A stretch of DNA of 64,000 nucleotides, taken from assembly GCF_003334815.1 (NCBI RefSeq), contig NZ_QOWO01000025.1; one strand, given 5' to 3'. The translations under genes were made by a program, and so were the position numbers. This stretch comes from Escherichia coli. Lineage in GTDB: Bacteria > Pseudomonadota > Gammaproteobacteria > Enterobacterales > Enterobacteriaceae. How positions within the stretch are numbered: position 1 is the stretch's first letter; every line of letters begins with the position of its first letter. This document shows, piece by piece, positions 11,618 to 22,121 of the stretch. The notes below the pieces were generated by a model. The model saw only the letters and a list, made by a program, of their open reading frames with translations. It did no database searches and was not told the origin of the DNA.

Positions 11618-12933
11618 GTCAGGCTAAATCGAACAAAATGGGCGTCGTTCAGTTAACCATACTGACGATGGTCAACATGATGGGCTCCGGTATCATCATG
11701 CTGCCGACAAAGCTTGCCGAAGTCGGGACAATCTCAATTATCTCCTGGCTGGTGACAGCCGTAGGCTCAATGGCACTGGCATGGGCATTCGCAAAATGCG
11801 GTATGTTCAGCCGTAAATCAGGCGGTATGGGCGGTTATGCCGAGTATGCTTTCGGTAAATCCGGTAACTTTATGGCGAACTATACCTACGGCGTCTCACT
11901 GCTGATTGCTAACGTCGCGATTGCTATTTCGGCGGTTGGTTACGGCACCGAACTGCTCGGCGCGAGTTTGTCGCCAGTGCAGATTGGTCTTGCGACCATC
12001 GGGGTGCTGTGGATTTGTACCGTGGCTAACTTTGGTGGTGCGCGCATTACCGGGCAAATCAGTAGCATTACCGTGTGGGGGGTCATTATTCCGGTCGTCG
12101 GTCTGTGCATTATTGGCTGGTTCTGGTTTAGCCCGACGCTGTACGTTGATTCCTGGAATCCGCATCATGCACCGTTCTTCAGTGCGGTAGGTTCTTCCAT
12201 CGCTATGACGCTGTGGGCTTTTCTTGGTCTGGAGTCTGCGTGTGCGAATACTGATGTAGTGGAAAACCCGGAACGTAATGTGCCAATCGCGGTACTCGGC
12301 GGTACGTTAGGTGCGGCGGTGATTTATATCGTCTCCACCAACGTGATTGCCGGGATTGTGCCAAATATGGAGCTGGCAAATTCAACGGCACCATTTGGTC
12401 TGGCCTTCGCGCAGATGTTCACGCCGGAAGTGGGTAAAGTCATTATGGCGCTGATGGTGATGTCCTGCTGCGGTTCGCTACTTGGCTGGCAGTTCACCAT
12501 TGCCCAGGTGTTTAAATCTTCATCTGATGAAGGCTACTTCCCTAAAATTTTCTCCCGTGTAACCAAAGTGGATGCACCGGTGCAGGGAATGTTGACCATT
12601 GTGATTATTCAGAGTGGATTGGCACTGATGACCATTAGCCCGTCGCTAAACAGTCAGTTCAACGTGCTGGTTAACCTGGCCGTGGTGACCAATATCATTC
12701 CGTATATTCTGTCAATGGCGGCATTAGTCATTATTCAGAAGGTCGCTAATGTGCCCCCCTCAAAAGCGAAAGTTGCAAACTTTGTTGCTTTTGTTGGCGC
12801 GATGTATAGCTTTTATGCGCTGTACTCATCCGGGGAAGAAGCCATGCTGTACGGTTCCATCGTGACCTTCCTTGGTTGGACACTGTATGGTCTGGTATCA
12901 CCACGCTTTGAACTGAAAAATAAACACGGTTAA
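11614..12933 (+). CDS. potE: Putrescine-ornithine antiporter
   Basis: 439-aa polytopic APC-family transporter MSQAKSNKMGVVQLTILT... Confidence 0.95.
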   Translation: MSQAKSNKMGVVQLTILTMVNMMGSGIIMLPTKLAEVGTISIISWLVTAVGSMALAWAFAKCGMFSRKSGGMGGYAEYAFGKSGNFMANYTYGVSLLIANVAIAISAVGYGTELLGASLSPVQIGLATIGVLWICTVANFGGARITGQISSITVWGVIIPVVGLCIIGWFWFSPTLYVDSWNPHHAPFFSAVGSSIAMTLWAFLGLESACANTDVVENPERNVPIAVLGGTLGAAVIYIVSTNVIAGIVPNMELANSTAPFGLAFAQMFTPEVGKVIMALMVMSCCGSLLGWQFTIAQVFKSSSDEGYFPKIFSRVTKVDAPVQGMLTIVIIQSGLALMTISPSLNSQFNVLVNLAVVTNIIPYILSMAALVIIQKVANVPPSKAKVANFVAFVGAMYSFYALYSSGEEAMLYGSIVTFLGWTLYGLVSPRFELKNKHG

Positions 12934-12948
12934 TAAAACAAAGTAAAA

Positions 12949-12978
12949 AAGGGCGATTGAATGATCGCCCTTTCTGTT
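12949..12978 (+). terminator. Rho-independent terminator after potE
   Basis: Hairpin gggcgat(tgaatg)atcgccc followed by a T-rich run. Confidence 0.6.
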
Positions 12979-13028
12979 TGTTGGCAAATAGTTCGTTATT
13001 TATGCCGCATCCGGCAGATGTAGGGTCT

Positions 13029-13158
13029 AAACGCGATCGAACACAGCAACTATTTGCGTAATTATATGGGGCATCTGCGACAAAAACTGGAACAGGATCC
13101 GGCCCGGCCTCGCCATTTTATTACTGAAACCGGTATTGGGTATCGGTTTATGCTTTGA
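13029..13158 (+). pseudogene. Orphan kdpE 3' fragment (direct repeat copy 2)
   Basis: In-frame it encodes NAIEHSNYLRNYMGHLRQKLEQDPARPRHFITETGIGYRFML-stop versus the KdpE C-terminus; 10 nt differences over 43 codons (7 synonymous, 3 nonsynonymous); no start codon or upstream gene body. Confidence 0.8.
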
Positions 13159-13281
13159 AAAAAGTGGCAATGTATGGATAAAGTCATTTTTTATTCAAAT
13201 ATAAGGAACTTAATATTTAAAAAATGTTCCATACAATTCCTCATCATAAATGACACCGTAGCACACAAGGAGCAAGTAGCG

Positions 13282-13932
13282 ATGCGTGAAATGAATCAGT
13301 TAGTAAATACTGAAGATTCAGCCTGGCCAATAATCCAGAACTGGTTAAAAGACGCCACAAACCATACCGAACTCTTACCGGTTAATAAAGATTTAGCCGA
13401 AACCGCACTTTATCAATTACAGGTGACAACAAAATCACCGATGGGTGCGCTTGTCTATGGCTCCGGAGGTCTGCTGATTGATAATGGTTGGTTACGCATA
13501 GCAGGATCTGGTCACCCCCGGTTGCCACGAGATCCAGTAAGTTGGACACAACGCCCTGAATTCGCAGGCGTGCGGGCTTTACCCATCGCTGACGATGTCG
13601 CAGGGGGAATTTTTGCTCTTAATGGTGGCGATCTTGGGGAAGATACTGGCTGCGTTTATTATTTTGCGCCAGATACGCTGAATTGGGAAAGTCTGGAAGT
13701 TGGATATTCTGAGTTTCTTCAGTGGGCATTATCCGGTGATTTAGATACCTTCTATGAAAATGTACGATGGCAGCAATGGCGAGAAGACGTAATAAAATTA
13801 TCGGCAACGGAAGCCTTCACGTTCTACCCTTTCTTATGGGTACAAAGTGAAGAAGCAAGAACAAGAAAAGTTATTTCGCTTACTGAACTCTGGGAAATGC
13901 AGTATCAAATGAAAGAAACATTCACGCAATAA
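13282..13932 (+). CDS. ybfG: DUF2625-family protein YbfG
   Basis: 216-aa product from ATG at 13282 with AGGAG ribosome-binding site 7 nt upstream; six-frame ORF 13174-13932 trimmed. Confidence 0.65.
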   Translation: MREMNQLVNTEDSAWPIIQNWLKDATNHTELLPVNKDLAETALYQLQVTTKSPMGALVYGSGGLLIDNGWLRIAGSGHPRLPRDPVSWTQRPEFAGVRALPIADDVAGGIFALNGGDLGEDTGCVYYFAPDTLNWESLEVGYSEFLQWALSGDLDTFYENVRWQQWREDVIKLSATEAFTFYPFLWVQSEEARTRKVISLTELWEMQYQMKETFTQ

Positions 13933-13972
13933 GACATGTTCAGGTCCGGGTTTCATTCCCGGACTCACTATT

Positions 13973-14467
13973 TTAATGTGTATTTATCGCTTTCAATTCT
14001 TGCTGGCAATTTTCTGACTGGCAGCGTCGTAACTCAATAATCCCGACATGCATCATCGAGCCAAAAAATCCGCTTTCGCTGACATAATCCTCATTGACTA
14101 TCGGTCGAGTGCCGGGCTTGCCCTGGCAAACCCGCATAAAAAATGAGGTGTAGCATTGCCAACCGGGATTTAAACCGACCTTTTCTTGTGCTGACATATT
14201 ATGAAGATAAGTAAGTTCTTTTTCGTTCCCGCCTGACAACTGCCAGCGGCGGGTATTATCAGGTAAGTTATCACCACGGCAATTTGTCTTACACCGGAAA
14301 GGTGCAATATTTACCGCAATGCTACCCGTTAATCCTCTGGTTTTATCTTTAGGGGTCAGTAACCAGTCGCCAGCTAATGATGATTGTTCAGGTTGGGCGC
14401 ATGCAGTCAGCAGTAATGTGGCGGTAATTAGTGACACTATGACGACCAGACTCCTGTTGGTCTTCAT
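13973..14467 (-). CDS. ybfP: Lipoprotein YbfP
   Basis: 164-aa ORF with signal peptide and lipobox (LLLTAC); Cys-rich mature part. Confidence 0.75.
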   Translation of the reverse strand: MKTNRSLVVIVSLITATLLLTACAQPEQSSLAGDWLLTPKDKTRGLTGSIAVNIAPFRCKTNCRGDNLPDNTRRWQLSGGNEKELTYLHNMSAQEKVGLNPGWQCYTSFFMRVCQGKPGTRPIVNEDYVSESGFFGSMMHVGIIELRRCQSENCQQELKAINTH

Positions 14468-14527
14468 TGGGATTTCCTTGAGCTACTCAGTTTGTTGACA
14501 AAGTGTTCGTTGTTTTTGCCGGATGCG

Positions 14528-14625
14528 GCGTGAACGCCTTATCCGGCCTACAAAATCGCTTAAATTCAATATATTGCACCATCCTCGTAGGCCTGATAAG
14601 CGTAGCGCATCAGGCAATTCTGTGT
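14528..14625. repeat. REP/BIME palindromic elements
   Basis: gccggatgcggcgtgaacgccttatccggcctac and inverted partner ...taggcctgataagcgtagcgcatcaggc. Confidence 0.85.
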
Positions 14626-14637
14626 TTGTCATACGTA

Positions 14638-14670
14638 AAAAAGGGCGATCTTGCGACCGCCCTTTTTTTA
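14638..14670 (-). terminator. Rho-independent terminator downstream of pgm
   Basis: Hairpin gggcgatcttgcgaccgccc flanked by A/T runs. Confidence 0.55.
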
Positions 14671-14680
14671 TTAAATGTGT

Positions 14681-16321
14681 TTACGCGTTTTTCAGAACTT
14701 CGCTAACAATCTCAACCGCTTCTTTCTCAATCTGCTTGCGATGTTCTTCACCGAGGAAGCTTTCGCAGTAGATCTTATATGCGTCTTCCGTGCCTGACGG
14801 ACGCGCGGCGAACCAGCCGTTGTCAGTCATCACTTTCAGACCGCCAATAGAAGCACCGTTGCCCGGAGCAGCAGTCAGGCGCGCGGTGATCGGGTCACCT
14901 GCCAGGGTGCTGGCGCTCACCATTTCCGGAGACAGCTTAGACAGCGCCGCTTTTTGTGCGGAAGTCGCAGCTGCCTGCAAACGGTTGTAGCTCGGCGCAC
15001 CAAAGCGTTTTGCCAGTTCGTTGTAGTGTTCCTGCGGGTTCTTACCGGTGACAGCGGTGATTTCCGCCGCCAGCAGACACATGATGATGCCGTCTTTGTC
15101 GGTGGACCACGGCGTGCCGTCGAAACGCAGGAAGGAAGCCCCTGCACTCTCTTCGCCGCCAAAGCCGAAGCTGCCGTCGAACAGACCATCGACAAACCAT
15201 TTGAAACCTACCGGGACTTCTACCAGTTTACGGCCCAAGTCGTTGACCACACGGTCGATCATCGCAGATGAAACCAGCGTTTTACCGACGGCAACATCTT
15301 TGCCCCACTGCGGACGATGCTGGAACAGGTAATTGATTGCCACCGCCAGGTAGTGGTTCGGATTCATCAAACCTGCCGGAGTGACGATACCGTGACGGTC
15401 ATAATCCGGGTCGTTAGCAAACGCCAGATCGAACTTATCACGCAGTGCCAGCAGGCCCGCCATCGCACACTCGGAGGAGCAGTCCATACGGATCGCGCCG
15501 TCTTTATCAAGGTGCATAAAGCGGAAGGTTTGATCGACCTGATCGTTAACGATAGTCAGGTTGAGGTTGTAATACTCGCCAATACGCTTCCAGTATTCGA
15601 TACCGGAACCGCCCAGCGGATCAACGCCCAGCGTCAGGCCCGCTTTCTGAATCGCGGCCATATCAACGATATCGGCCAGACCTTCCACGAACGGCTGCAC
15701 CAGATCCTGCTCTTTCACATGACCGGATGCCATCGCTTCGTCGAGGGAGATACGCTTCACGCCTTTCAGGCCATCGGCCAGCAGTGCGTTGGCCCTGTCT
15801 TCCACCACTTTAGTGACGTTGGTATCAGCCGGGCCACCATTTGGCGGATTGTATTTGATTCCACCATCTTCCGGCGGGTTATGGGACGGTGTAATCACGA
15901 TACCGTCTGCCAGCGGGCCACCTTTTTTATTGTGAACCAGGATGGCATTGGAAACGGCAGGCGTCGGGGTGAAGCCATTGTTTTCCTGCACAATGACATC
16001 AACGCCGTTCGCTGCCAGCACTTCCAGAACGGAAATGAATGCAGGTTCGGACAGGGCGTGAGTATCTTTACCCACATAGCAAGGGCCAGTGATGCCGTTT
16101 TTCGCACGTTCTTCAGCAATTGCCTGAGCGATCGCCAGAATGTGCGGCTCGTTAAAGCTGTGGCGCGCTGCACTGCCACGGTGACCGGAAGTACCGAATT
16201 TCACCGCGTGCTCCGCATTCCCTGCTTCTGGTTTCAGTACATAATATTGCGCCGTCAGTTGGGCGACGTTAATCAAATCACTCTGTTGTGCAGGTTGGCC
16301 TGCACGATTGTGGATTGCCAT
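14681..16321 (-). CDS. pgm: Phosphoglucomutase
   Basis: 546-aa product starting [16 protein letters not shown]; active-site TSGHRG motif; six-frame ORF trimmed by 17 codons. Confidence 0.95.
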
Positions 16322-16346
16322 TGCTTTGTCCTTTGTCTGCAACGTT

Positions 16347-16892
16347 TTAGATAGTTCCGCAAACCTTCTCAATCAATTCCGCCGGGAATTGCATCGACTG
16401 CATGATGTGTTCGATCATGCTGCATTTACGGCCGGTGTTGGTGTTGGTGATCACCCAATACGGCGTGCCTGGCACATGTTTCGGCTTGGTCTGATTACCA
16501 TTTTTCAGCAGCGTTTGTTCATCTGCCGCAAAGTAAACGCGTGTACGACCGTGCAACGATTCCGTTGCTTCGGCAAACGCCTGGGCGTCAAGAGAATATA
16601 GTGTAGACAACAGCAGCATAAAGCGATTGACCGCTCGCTTTTGCTCTGCGTATTCATCCGAAAGCAGAAGTTCACGCATTGCGCGAACCTTGTCTTTAAT
16701 CGTTTTGACCGGCTTCGCTTCGACGATAGCAGGTGACGCAACGCGAACCTCTTTCGTCACCGGAGCAGCAGGCTGTGATGCGGCGGAAAATTTCAACATA
16801 CGCCGTAAAATGTCGGATGCGCTCTCGCCGATATGCTTAGTGTGGCTGGCAATATAGCTGTAGAGTTCATCATCAACTTCAATCGTTTTCAT
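16347..16892 (-). CDS. seqA: Replication initiation negative regulator SeqA
   Basis: 181-aa product [35 protein letters not shown]; upstream of pgm in the same operon. Confidence 0.95.
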
Positions 16893-17076
16893 CTTAATCC
16901 AGTGCAGTGTCTTAGCTGAATACAAGTCGCCAGGAGTATATGAATAAATCCCGGCAGCGGATAGCGTCAAGCCTGGCTTGCAGAAAAACTCGGAATAAAC
17001 CTTATTTGTTGCAGCCCTGTGGCACAATGGTCAACATAATACCCTAACCCGACAACGCGAAAAAAAGAACTTTGCC

Positions 17077-17841
17077 ATGAAATTGAATATCCGCGCGCAA
17101 ACTGCACAAAACCAGCACAATAATTCTCCCATCGTTCTTGTCCACGGTCTGTTTGGCAGCCTCGACAACCTTGGCGTACTGGCTCGCGATCTGGTAAACG
17201 ATCACAATATCATCCAGGTTGATATGCGTAACCACGGTCTTTCACCGAGAGATCCGGTAATGAATTACCCGGCGATGGCGCAGGATCTTGTTGATACTCT
17301 GGATGCACAGCAGATCGACAAAGCAACATTTATCGGTCACTCCATGGGCGGTAAAGCGGTAATGGCACTTACTGCACTAGCCTCCGATCGCATCGATAAA
17401 CTGGTGGCGATCGATATCGCGCCGGTCGACTATCACGTACGCCGTCATGATGAGATTTTTGCGGCTATCAACGCGGTCAGTGAATCGGACGCACAAACTC
17501 GCCAGCAAGCAGCAGCAATAATGCGCCAGCATCTTAATGAAGAAGGGGTGATTCAGTTTCTGCTGAAATCTTTTGTTGACGGGGAGTGGCGCTTTAACGT
17601 GCCGGTATTGTGGGATCAGTATCCGCATATTGTAGGTTGGGAGAAAATCCCGGCATGGGATCACCCTGCCCTGTTTATCCCTGGCGGCAATTCTCCGTAT
17701 GTTAGCGAGCAGTACCGTGATGATTTACTGGCTCAATTTCCACAGGCACGGGCGCATGTGATTGCAGGCGCGGGTCACTGGGTCCATGCTGAAAAACCGG
17801 ATGCGGTATTACGCGCTATCCGTCGCTATCTCAATGATTAA
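17077..17841 (+). CDS. ybfF: Alpha/beta-hydrolase esterase YbfF
   Basis: 254-aa ORF with GHSMGG nucleophile elbow. Confidence 0.9.
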   Translation: MKLNIRAQTAQNQHNNSPIVLVHGLFGSLDNLGVLARDLVNDHNIIQVDMRNHGLSPRDPVMNYPAMAQDLVDTLDAQQIDKATFIGHSMGGKAVMALTALASDRIDKLVAIDIAPVDYHVRRHDEIFAAINAVSESDAQTRQQAAAIMRQHLNEEGVIQFLLKSFVDGEWRFNVPVLWDQYPHIVGWEKIPAWDHPALFIPGGNSPYVSEQYRDDLLAQFPQARAHVIAGAGHWVHAEKPDAVLRAIRRYLND

Positions 17842-17980
17842 CGCAACTGATTAAAAACCCAGCGTCCGCGTCGCTTTCCGCGCGTGGGCGTTGGCGTGAC
17901 TCATCGCGCTGATGTATTATGGCGCGCTATCCATCCGGGCAGAGGCCTGGCTGATTGTTTCCCCCGAAGTCACCAAGATC

Positions 17981-18274
17981 ATGGCCAAAGAACAAACGGA
18001 CCGTACGACATTAGATCTGTTCGCGCACGAGCGTCGACCGGGACGACCGAAAACTAATCCGCTTTCGCGCGATGAACAGCTGCGTATTAATAAACGCAAC
18101 CAGCTAAAACGCGACAAAGTACGTGGCCTTAAGCGTGTCGAACTGAAGCTGAACGCGGAAGCTGTCGAGGCGCTGAACGAGCTGGCGGAGTCGCGCAATA
18201 TGAGCCGTAGCGAACTGATCGAAGAGATGTTAATGCAGCAACTGGCGGCGCTGCGTAGTCAGGGCATCGTTTAA
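17981..18274 (+). CDS. ybfE: LexA-regulated protein YbfE
   Basis: 97-aa product [21 protein letters not shown]...; six-frame ORF trimmed to the recalled start. Confidence 0.75.
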   Translation: MAKEQTDRTTLDLFAHERRPGRPKTNPLSRDEQLRINKRNQLKRDKVRGLKRVELKLNAEAVEALNELAESRNMSRSELIEEMLMQQLAALRSQGIV

Positions 18275-18413
18275 ATTTCCACTTTCATGTAGCACAGTGT
18301 GCAGTCCTGCTCGTTTGCTGATTCCGCAAGACTGCCTGTTCTGCTATGATTGCCTTTATCCGTGGGCAATTTTCCACCCCCATTTCAATAAGTTTCAAGA
18401 GGTTATTTCACTC

Positions 18414-18944
18414 ATGGCTATCACTGGCATCTTTTTCGGCAGCGACACCGGTAATACCGAAAATATCGCAAAAATGATTCAAAAACAGCTTGGTAAAGAC
18501 GTTGCCGATGTCCATGACATTGCAAAAAGCAGCAAAGAAGATCTGGAAGCTTATGACATTCTGCTGCTGGGCATCCCAACCTGGTATTACGGCGAAGCGC
18601 AGTGTGACTGGGATGACTTCTTCCCGACTCTCGAAGAGATTGATTTCAACGGCAAACTGGTTGCGCTGTTTGGTTGTGGTGACCAGGAAGATTACGCCGA
18701 ATATTTCTGCGACGCATTGGGCACCATCCGCGACATCATTGAACCGCGCGGTGCAACCATCGTTGGTCACTGGCCAACTGCGGGCTATCATTTCGAAGCA
18801 TCAAAAGGTCTGGCAGATGACGACCACTTTGTCGGTCTGGCTATCGACGAAGACCGTCAGCCGGAACTGACCGCTGAACGTGTAGAAAAATGGGTTAAAC
18901 AGATTTCTGAAGAGTTGCATCTCGACGAAATTCTCAATGCCTGA
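18414..18944 (+). CDS. fldA: Flavodoxin 1
   Basis: 176-aa product [27 protein letters not shown] with flavodoxin FMN-binding signature. Confidence 0.95.
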
Positions 18945-19147
18945 TGTGATGCGGCGTAGACTCATGTCTACGCCGTATTAATAGATAATGCCAATCAAAA
19001 TAATTGCTACAAATTTGTAACTTTTGCTGTTGTACCTGTACAATGTCCCGGTGTTCAAGTGGCCTTGCCGTTGTAAATGTAAGCTGTGCCACGTTTTTAT
19101 TAACAATATTTGCCAGGGACTTGTGGTTTTCATTTAGGCGTGGCAAT

Positions 19148-19168
19148 TCTATAATGATACGCATTATC
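19148..19168 (+). promoter_or_regulatory. Fur box-like operator at fur/uof promoter
   Basis: tctataatgatacgcattatc resembles the Fur box consensus GATAATGATAATCATTATC. Confidence 0.5.
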
Positions 19169-19240
19169 TCAAGAGCAAATTCTGTCACTTCTTCTAATGA
19201 AGTGAACCGCTTAGTAACAGGACAGATTCCGCATGACTGA
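19154..19240 (+). CDS. uof: fur upstream ORF (leader peptide Uof)
   Basis: 28 codons MIRIISRANSVTSSNEVNRLVTGQIPHD; stop overlaps fur start (translational coupling). Confidence 0.75.
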   Translation: MIRIISRANSVTSSNEVNRLVTGQIPHD

Positions 19241-19679
19241 TAACAATACCGCCCTAAAGAAAGCTGGCCTGAAAGTAACGCTTCCTCGTTTAAAAATCCT
19301 GGAAGTTCTTCAGGAGCCGGACAACCATCACGTCAGTGCGGAAGATTTATACAAACGTCTGATCGATATGGGTGAAGAAATTGGTCTGGCTACGGTATAT
19401 CGCGTACTGAACCAGTTTGACGACGCTGGTATCGTCACCCGCCACAATTTTGAAGGCGGTAAATCCGTATTTGAACTGACACAGCAACATCACCACGATC
19501 ACCTGATCTGCCTCGACTGCGGCAAGGTTATCGAATTTAGTGATGATTCCATCGAAGCGCGTCAGCGTGAAATTGCCGCAAAACATGGCATTCGCCTGAC
19601 TAACCACAGTCTCTATCTTTACGGTCACTGTGCCGAAGGCGATTGCCGCGAAGATGAACATGCGCACGAAGGCAAATAA
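19233..19679 (+). CDS. fur: Ferric uptake regulator
   Basis: 148-aa ORF MTDNNTALKKAGLKVTLPRLKILEVL...; C-terminal HHDH/CxxC metal sites. Confidence 0.95.
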   Translation: MTDNNTALKKAGLKVTLPRLKILEVLQEPDNHHVSAEDLYKRLIDMGEEIGLATVYRVLNQFDDAGIVTRHNFEGGKSVFELTQQHHHDHLICLDCGKVIEFSDDSIEARQREIAAKHGIRLTNHSLYLYGHCAEGDCREDEHAHEGK

Positions 19680-19762
19680 GCCAGCCTGAACGAGAAAAGC
19701 CAACCTGCGGGTTGGCTTTTTTATGCAAGGGAAATAAGAAAAGCGAGAGTTACAGCTCTCAC

Positions 19763-20089
19763 TTATTTGTTATTACTGCGTATTTCCTGCCAGACTTTAT
19801 CACAATCGGCTTTCACCGCCTGATCATTTCCGGTTTGCGTTGCACGCAGACACTGCTGATAATCCAGTACGCGTACACTTTCCTGGTCGGCAAACTGCTG
19901 ATGTTGTTTCTCTTTCTTCAGCACGTTTAACACGCTCTGGCAGGCTTCAATTTTTTCTGGCGAACCTTGTGCGGTGTTGATACAGGCGCTGTATGCCTCT
20001 TTCAGACGACTGTCTTCCTGTGGCGCGGTTGATTGCGCACAAGCTACCAGCCCCGATGCCATTATGGCGATGAGAATCAGTTTTTTCAT
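19763..20089 (-). CDS. chiQ: Lipoprotein ChiQ (YbfN)
   Basis: 108-aa ORF with signal peptide and lipobox LVAC; immediately downstream of chiP. Confidence 0.85.
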   Translation of the reverse strand: MKKLILIAIMASGLVACAQSTAPQEDSRLKEAYSACINTAQGSPEKIEACQSVLNVLKKEKQHQQFADQESVRVLDYQQCLRATQTGNDQAVKADCDKVWQEIRSNNK

Positions 20090-20138
20090 AGCAAATTCCT
20101 CAAACGTGCGGCAGGCACAAAACCTGCCGCGTCGGGCA

Positions 20139-21545
20139 TCAGAAGATGGTGAATGGTGCGATTACCATAAATTTCACGTCACGCTCATCCTGGAAGATGT
20201 TGCCGTAACCACCGCCCCAGCTTGGGATGTCGGAGTGGTTGTCGTATTCGGTGAAATGCAGTTTGAACATCGTGCCTTTGGCGCGACCGTCCTGAATGGT
20301 ATAGACCGCATCCAGGCTGTAGGCAGACTCTTCAATAGTCCGGTTTTTGTCGTAGTACGCATCCGGATTGCTCTGCCAGGTCGCAGGTTTAGCATCCCAT
20401 GCGTAAACGTAGGAAGCGCCGATGGCGAAGCCTGGAAGATTCCAGTTTTTCAGGTCATACATCGCACCGAAGAAGACCGCTTTTTCGCCGTTGGCGTTGA
20501 AGTCAGAACGGTTATCCCACCAGATATCCAGGCGACCGTTTGAGGAAGCGTAGGTTGGAGTCATACGTTGCAGGAAGTATCCCTGCTGACCGTCAGCCTT
20601 AACCCAGGTGCCTTCGAGGCGCAAATCCACTACGTCAGCCGCCCGGTAACCAAAGGTCAACGCTTGCAGCCAGGCGGTGCCGTCATAAAGGTCGTTGACG
20701 CTGCGATCGTCAACTTTATCTCGGGTACCGTAGAACTGGTAGCTGGTGGTTAACGGGCTACCGGCGATATCAAATTTGTAGCTGGCTTTGGCAAAATATT
20801 GATCGATATACCCTTCCGCCTGACCAAATGCCGCTTCCAGTACGAAGTTATTTTTGAAGTCGTATTTCGCCCCAAAGGAGTGCAGATAATCAACTTTGGT
20901 GGTTTTATCGTTCTGATAAAACTCATCCATTTCCAGATGCCACGGCGCTTTGTATTCGTTGGTCCACATGTAGGAGAAACTCAACGCACCAGCATCGCCG
21001 TAATCAAAATTCGCCCCGGCTTCCGCCCCCTGATAAGTACCTGGCATAAAGCTCCAGTGCGGCGCTAACAGCGTTTGACCAGTTGGGTGAATGTAACCTG
21101 CCCTCGCCCAAACCGGACCGTATTTAAATTTGGCCGCAGCTTTATACAGGCTTATACCGCTTTTGTCGCCGGACCAGTCTTCGTCATAGGCTTTATTACT
21201 TTTTGAAAACGCGATTTCGTTCGGGTGGGAGCTGTCGCCGTTTTCCGCCATTTCAATCGCCGTAAACGCAGCAATATCAAGGCCGAACATATCAGCAGCA
21301 TAACCGGACTGAAAATCGAGGTTGGCATTCCAGGTGGAGTGAGAAAGGTTGGTTTTGTATTTGTCGCCGTCGGTAACATCTTTTCGGTCGCGTTCACGCT
21401 GCCAGTAATAGATACCGCCGGTTAAGGTTGAATCGTCGATGAATCCTTCGGCGCGAGCCTCCGGCATTGCCATAAAGCCCGACATTGCTGTAACACCGGC
21501 GATAGCCAGCGCCAGCGTACTACGTTTGCCACTAAACGTACGCAT
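20139..21545 (-). CDS. chiP: Chitooligosaccharide outer-membrane porin ChiP (YbfM)
   Basis: 468-aa ORF with signal peptide and beta-barrel C-terminal F; OprD-like porin. Confidence 0.9.
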   Translation of the reverse strand: MRTFSGKRSTLALAIAGVTAMSGFMAMPEARAEGFIDDSTLTGGIYYWQRERDRKDVTDGDKYKTNLSHSTWNANLDFQSGYAADMFGLDIAAFTAIEMAENGDSSHPNEIAFSKSNKAYDEDWSGDKSGISLYKAAAKFKYGPVWARAGYIHPTGQTLLAPHWSFMPGTYQGAEAGANFDYGDAGALSFSYMWTNEYKAPWHLEMDEFYQNDKTTKVDYLHSFGAKYDFKNNFVLEAAFGQAEGYIDQYFAKASYKFDIAGSPLTTSYQFYGTRDKVDDRSVNDLYDGTAWLQALTFGYRAADVVDLRLEGTWVKADGQQGYFLQRMTPTYASSNGRLDIWWDNRSDFNANGEKAVFFGAMYDLKNWNLPGFAIGASYVYAWDAKPATWQSNPDAYYDKNRTIEESAYSLDAVYTIQDGRAKGTMFKLHFTEYDNHSDIPSWGGGYGNIFQDERDVKFMVIAPFTIF

Positions 21546-21894
21546 GGGTTAATCCTCTTTGACGTATAAATTGCTGCACCAAAGGTGAACAGCGAAAAAA
21601 TAAAAATTAAAAAAGTAGCGTTGAGAAAAGTCTCGCTGACTACAGGAACAGACTATTTTTCGCGACGCGAATTATCAATCTCTTTCTGTAACCAGAATGT
21701 AAGAACATGAGCAACCGCACATATTTTGATGATTTTTGTTACAAGGCTTAAGTTTGCGGTTGAAAGGCTTGCAGAAGAATAAAAGCGTGAAATTCCAGCA
21801 AGATGAAAGCGGTTACATTTTATTTAATTATGTTTTGTTATTTTAAATTTATTTTATGGATAAATTGCGAAGCGGAATTAATTCGCGAAGAAAA

Positions 21895-21925
21895 GCAGAA
21901 AAAACGCCGCTGAACGCGGCGTTTT
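21895..21925 (-). terminator. Rho-independent terminator downstream of glnS
   Basis: Hairpin aacgccgc(tgaa)cgcggcgtt with T-run on the minus strand. Confidence 0.55.
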
Positions 21926-21943
21926 GGATTGTTTGCTGTTTCT

Positions 21944-22112
21944 TGCCGGATGCGGCGTGAACGCCTTATCCGGCCTACAAAAGCACGCAAACTCAATATA
22001 TTGCAGAGATCATGTAGGCCTGATAAGCGTAGCGCATCAGGCAATTTAGCGTTTGAAACTGTTTGTCTGTTCCTTGCCGGATGCGACGTAAACGCCCCAT
22101 CCGGCATAGCGA
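21944..22112. repeat. REP/BIME cluster
   Basis: Multiple gccggatgcggcgtgaacgcc / taggcctgataagcgtagcgcatcaggc palindromic units. Confidence 0.85.
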
Positions 22113-22121
22113 AACTTAAAA

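Noticed and set aside
12979-13028. Possible REP element between the potE terminator and the kdpE-tail copy (gccgcatccggca)
   Set aside because: Only a single short half-site-like motif; too short to call a REP/BIME unit with confidence.
13174-13281. Upstream extension of the ybfG ORF (252-aa version)
   Set aside because: The extension is AT-rich with no ribosome-binding site, whereas ATG 13282 has an AGGAG motif at ideal spacing.
15317-16354. 345-aa ORF antisense to pgm
   Set aside because: Same reasoning: fully embedded antisense ORF in a conserved housekeeping gene.
17842-17980. LexA box upstream of ybfE
   Set aside because: ybfE is recalled as LexA-regulated, but I could not find a convincing CTG-N10-CAG SOS box by eye; not reported as a feature.
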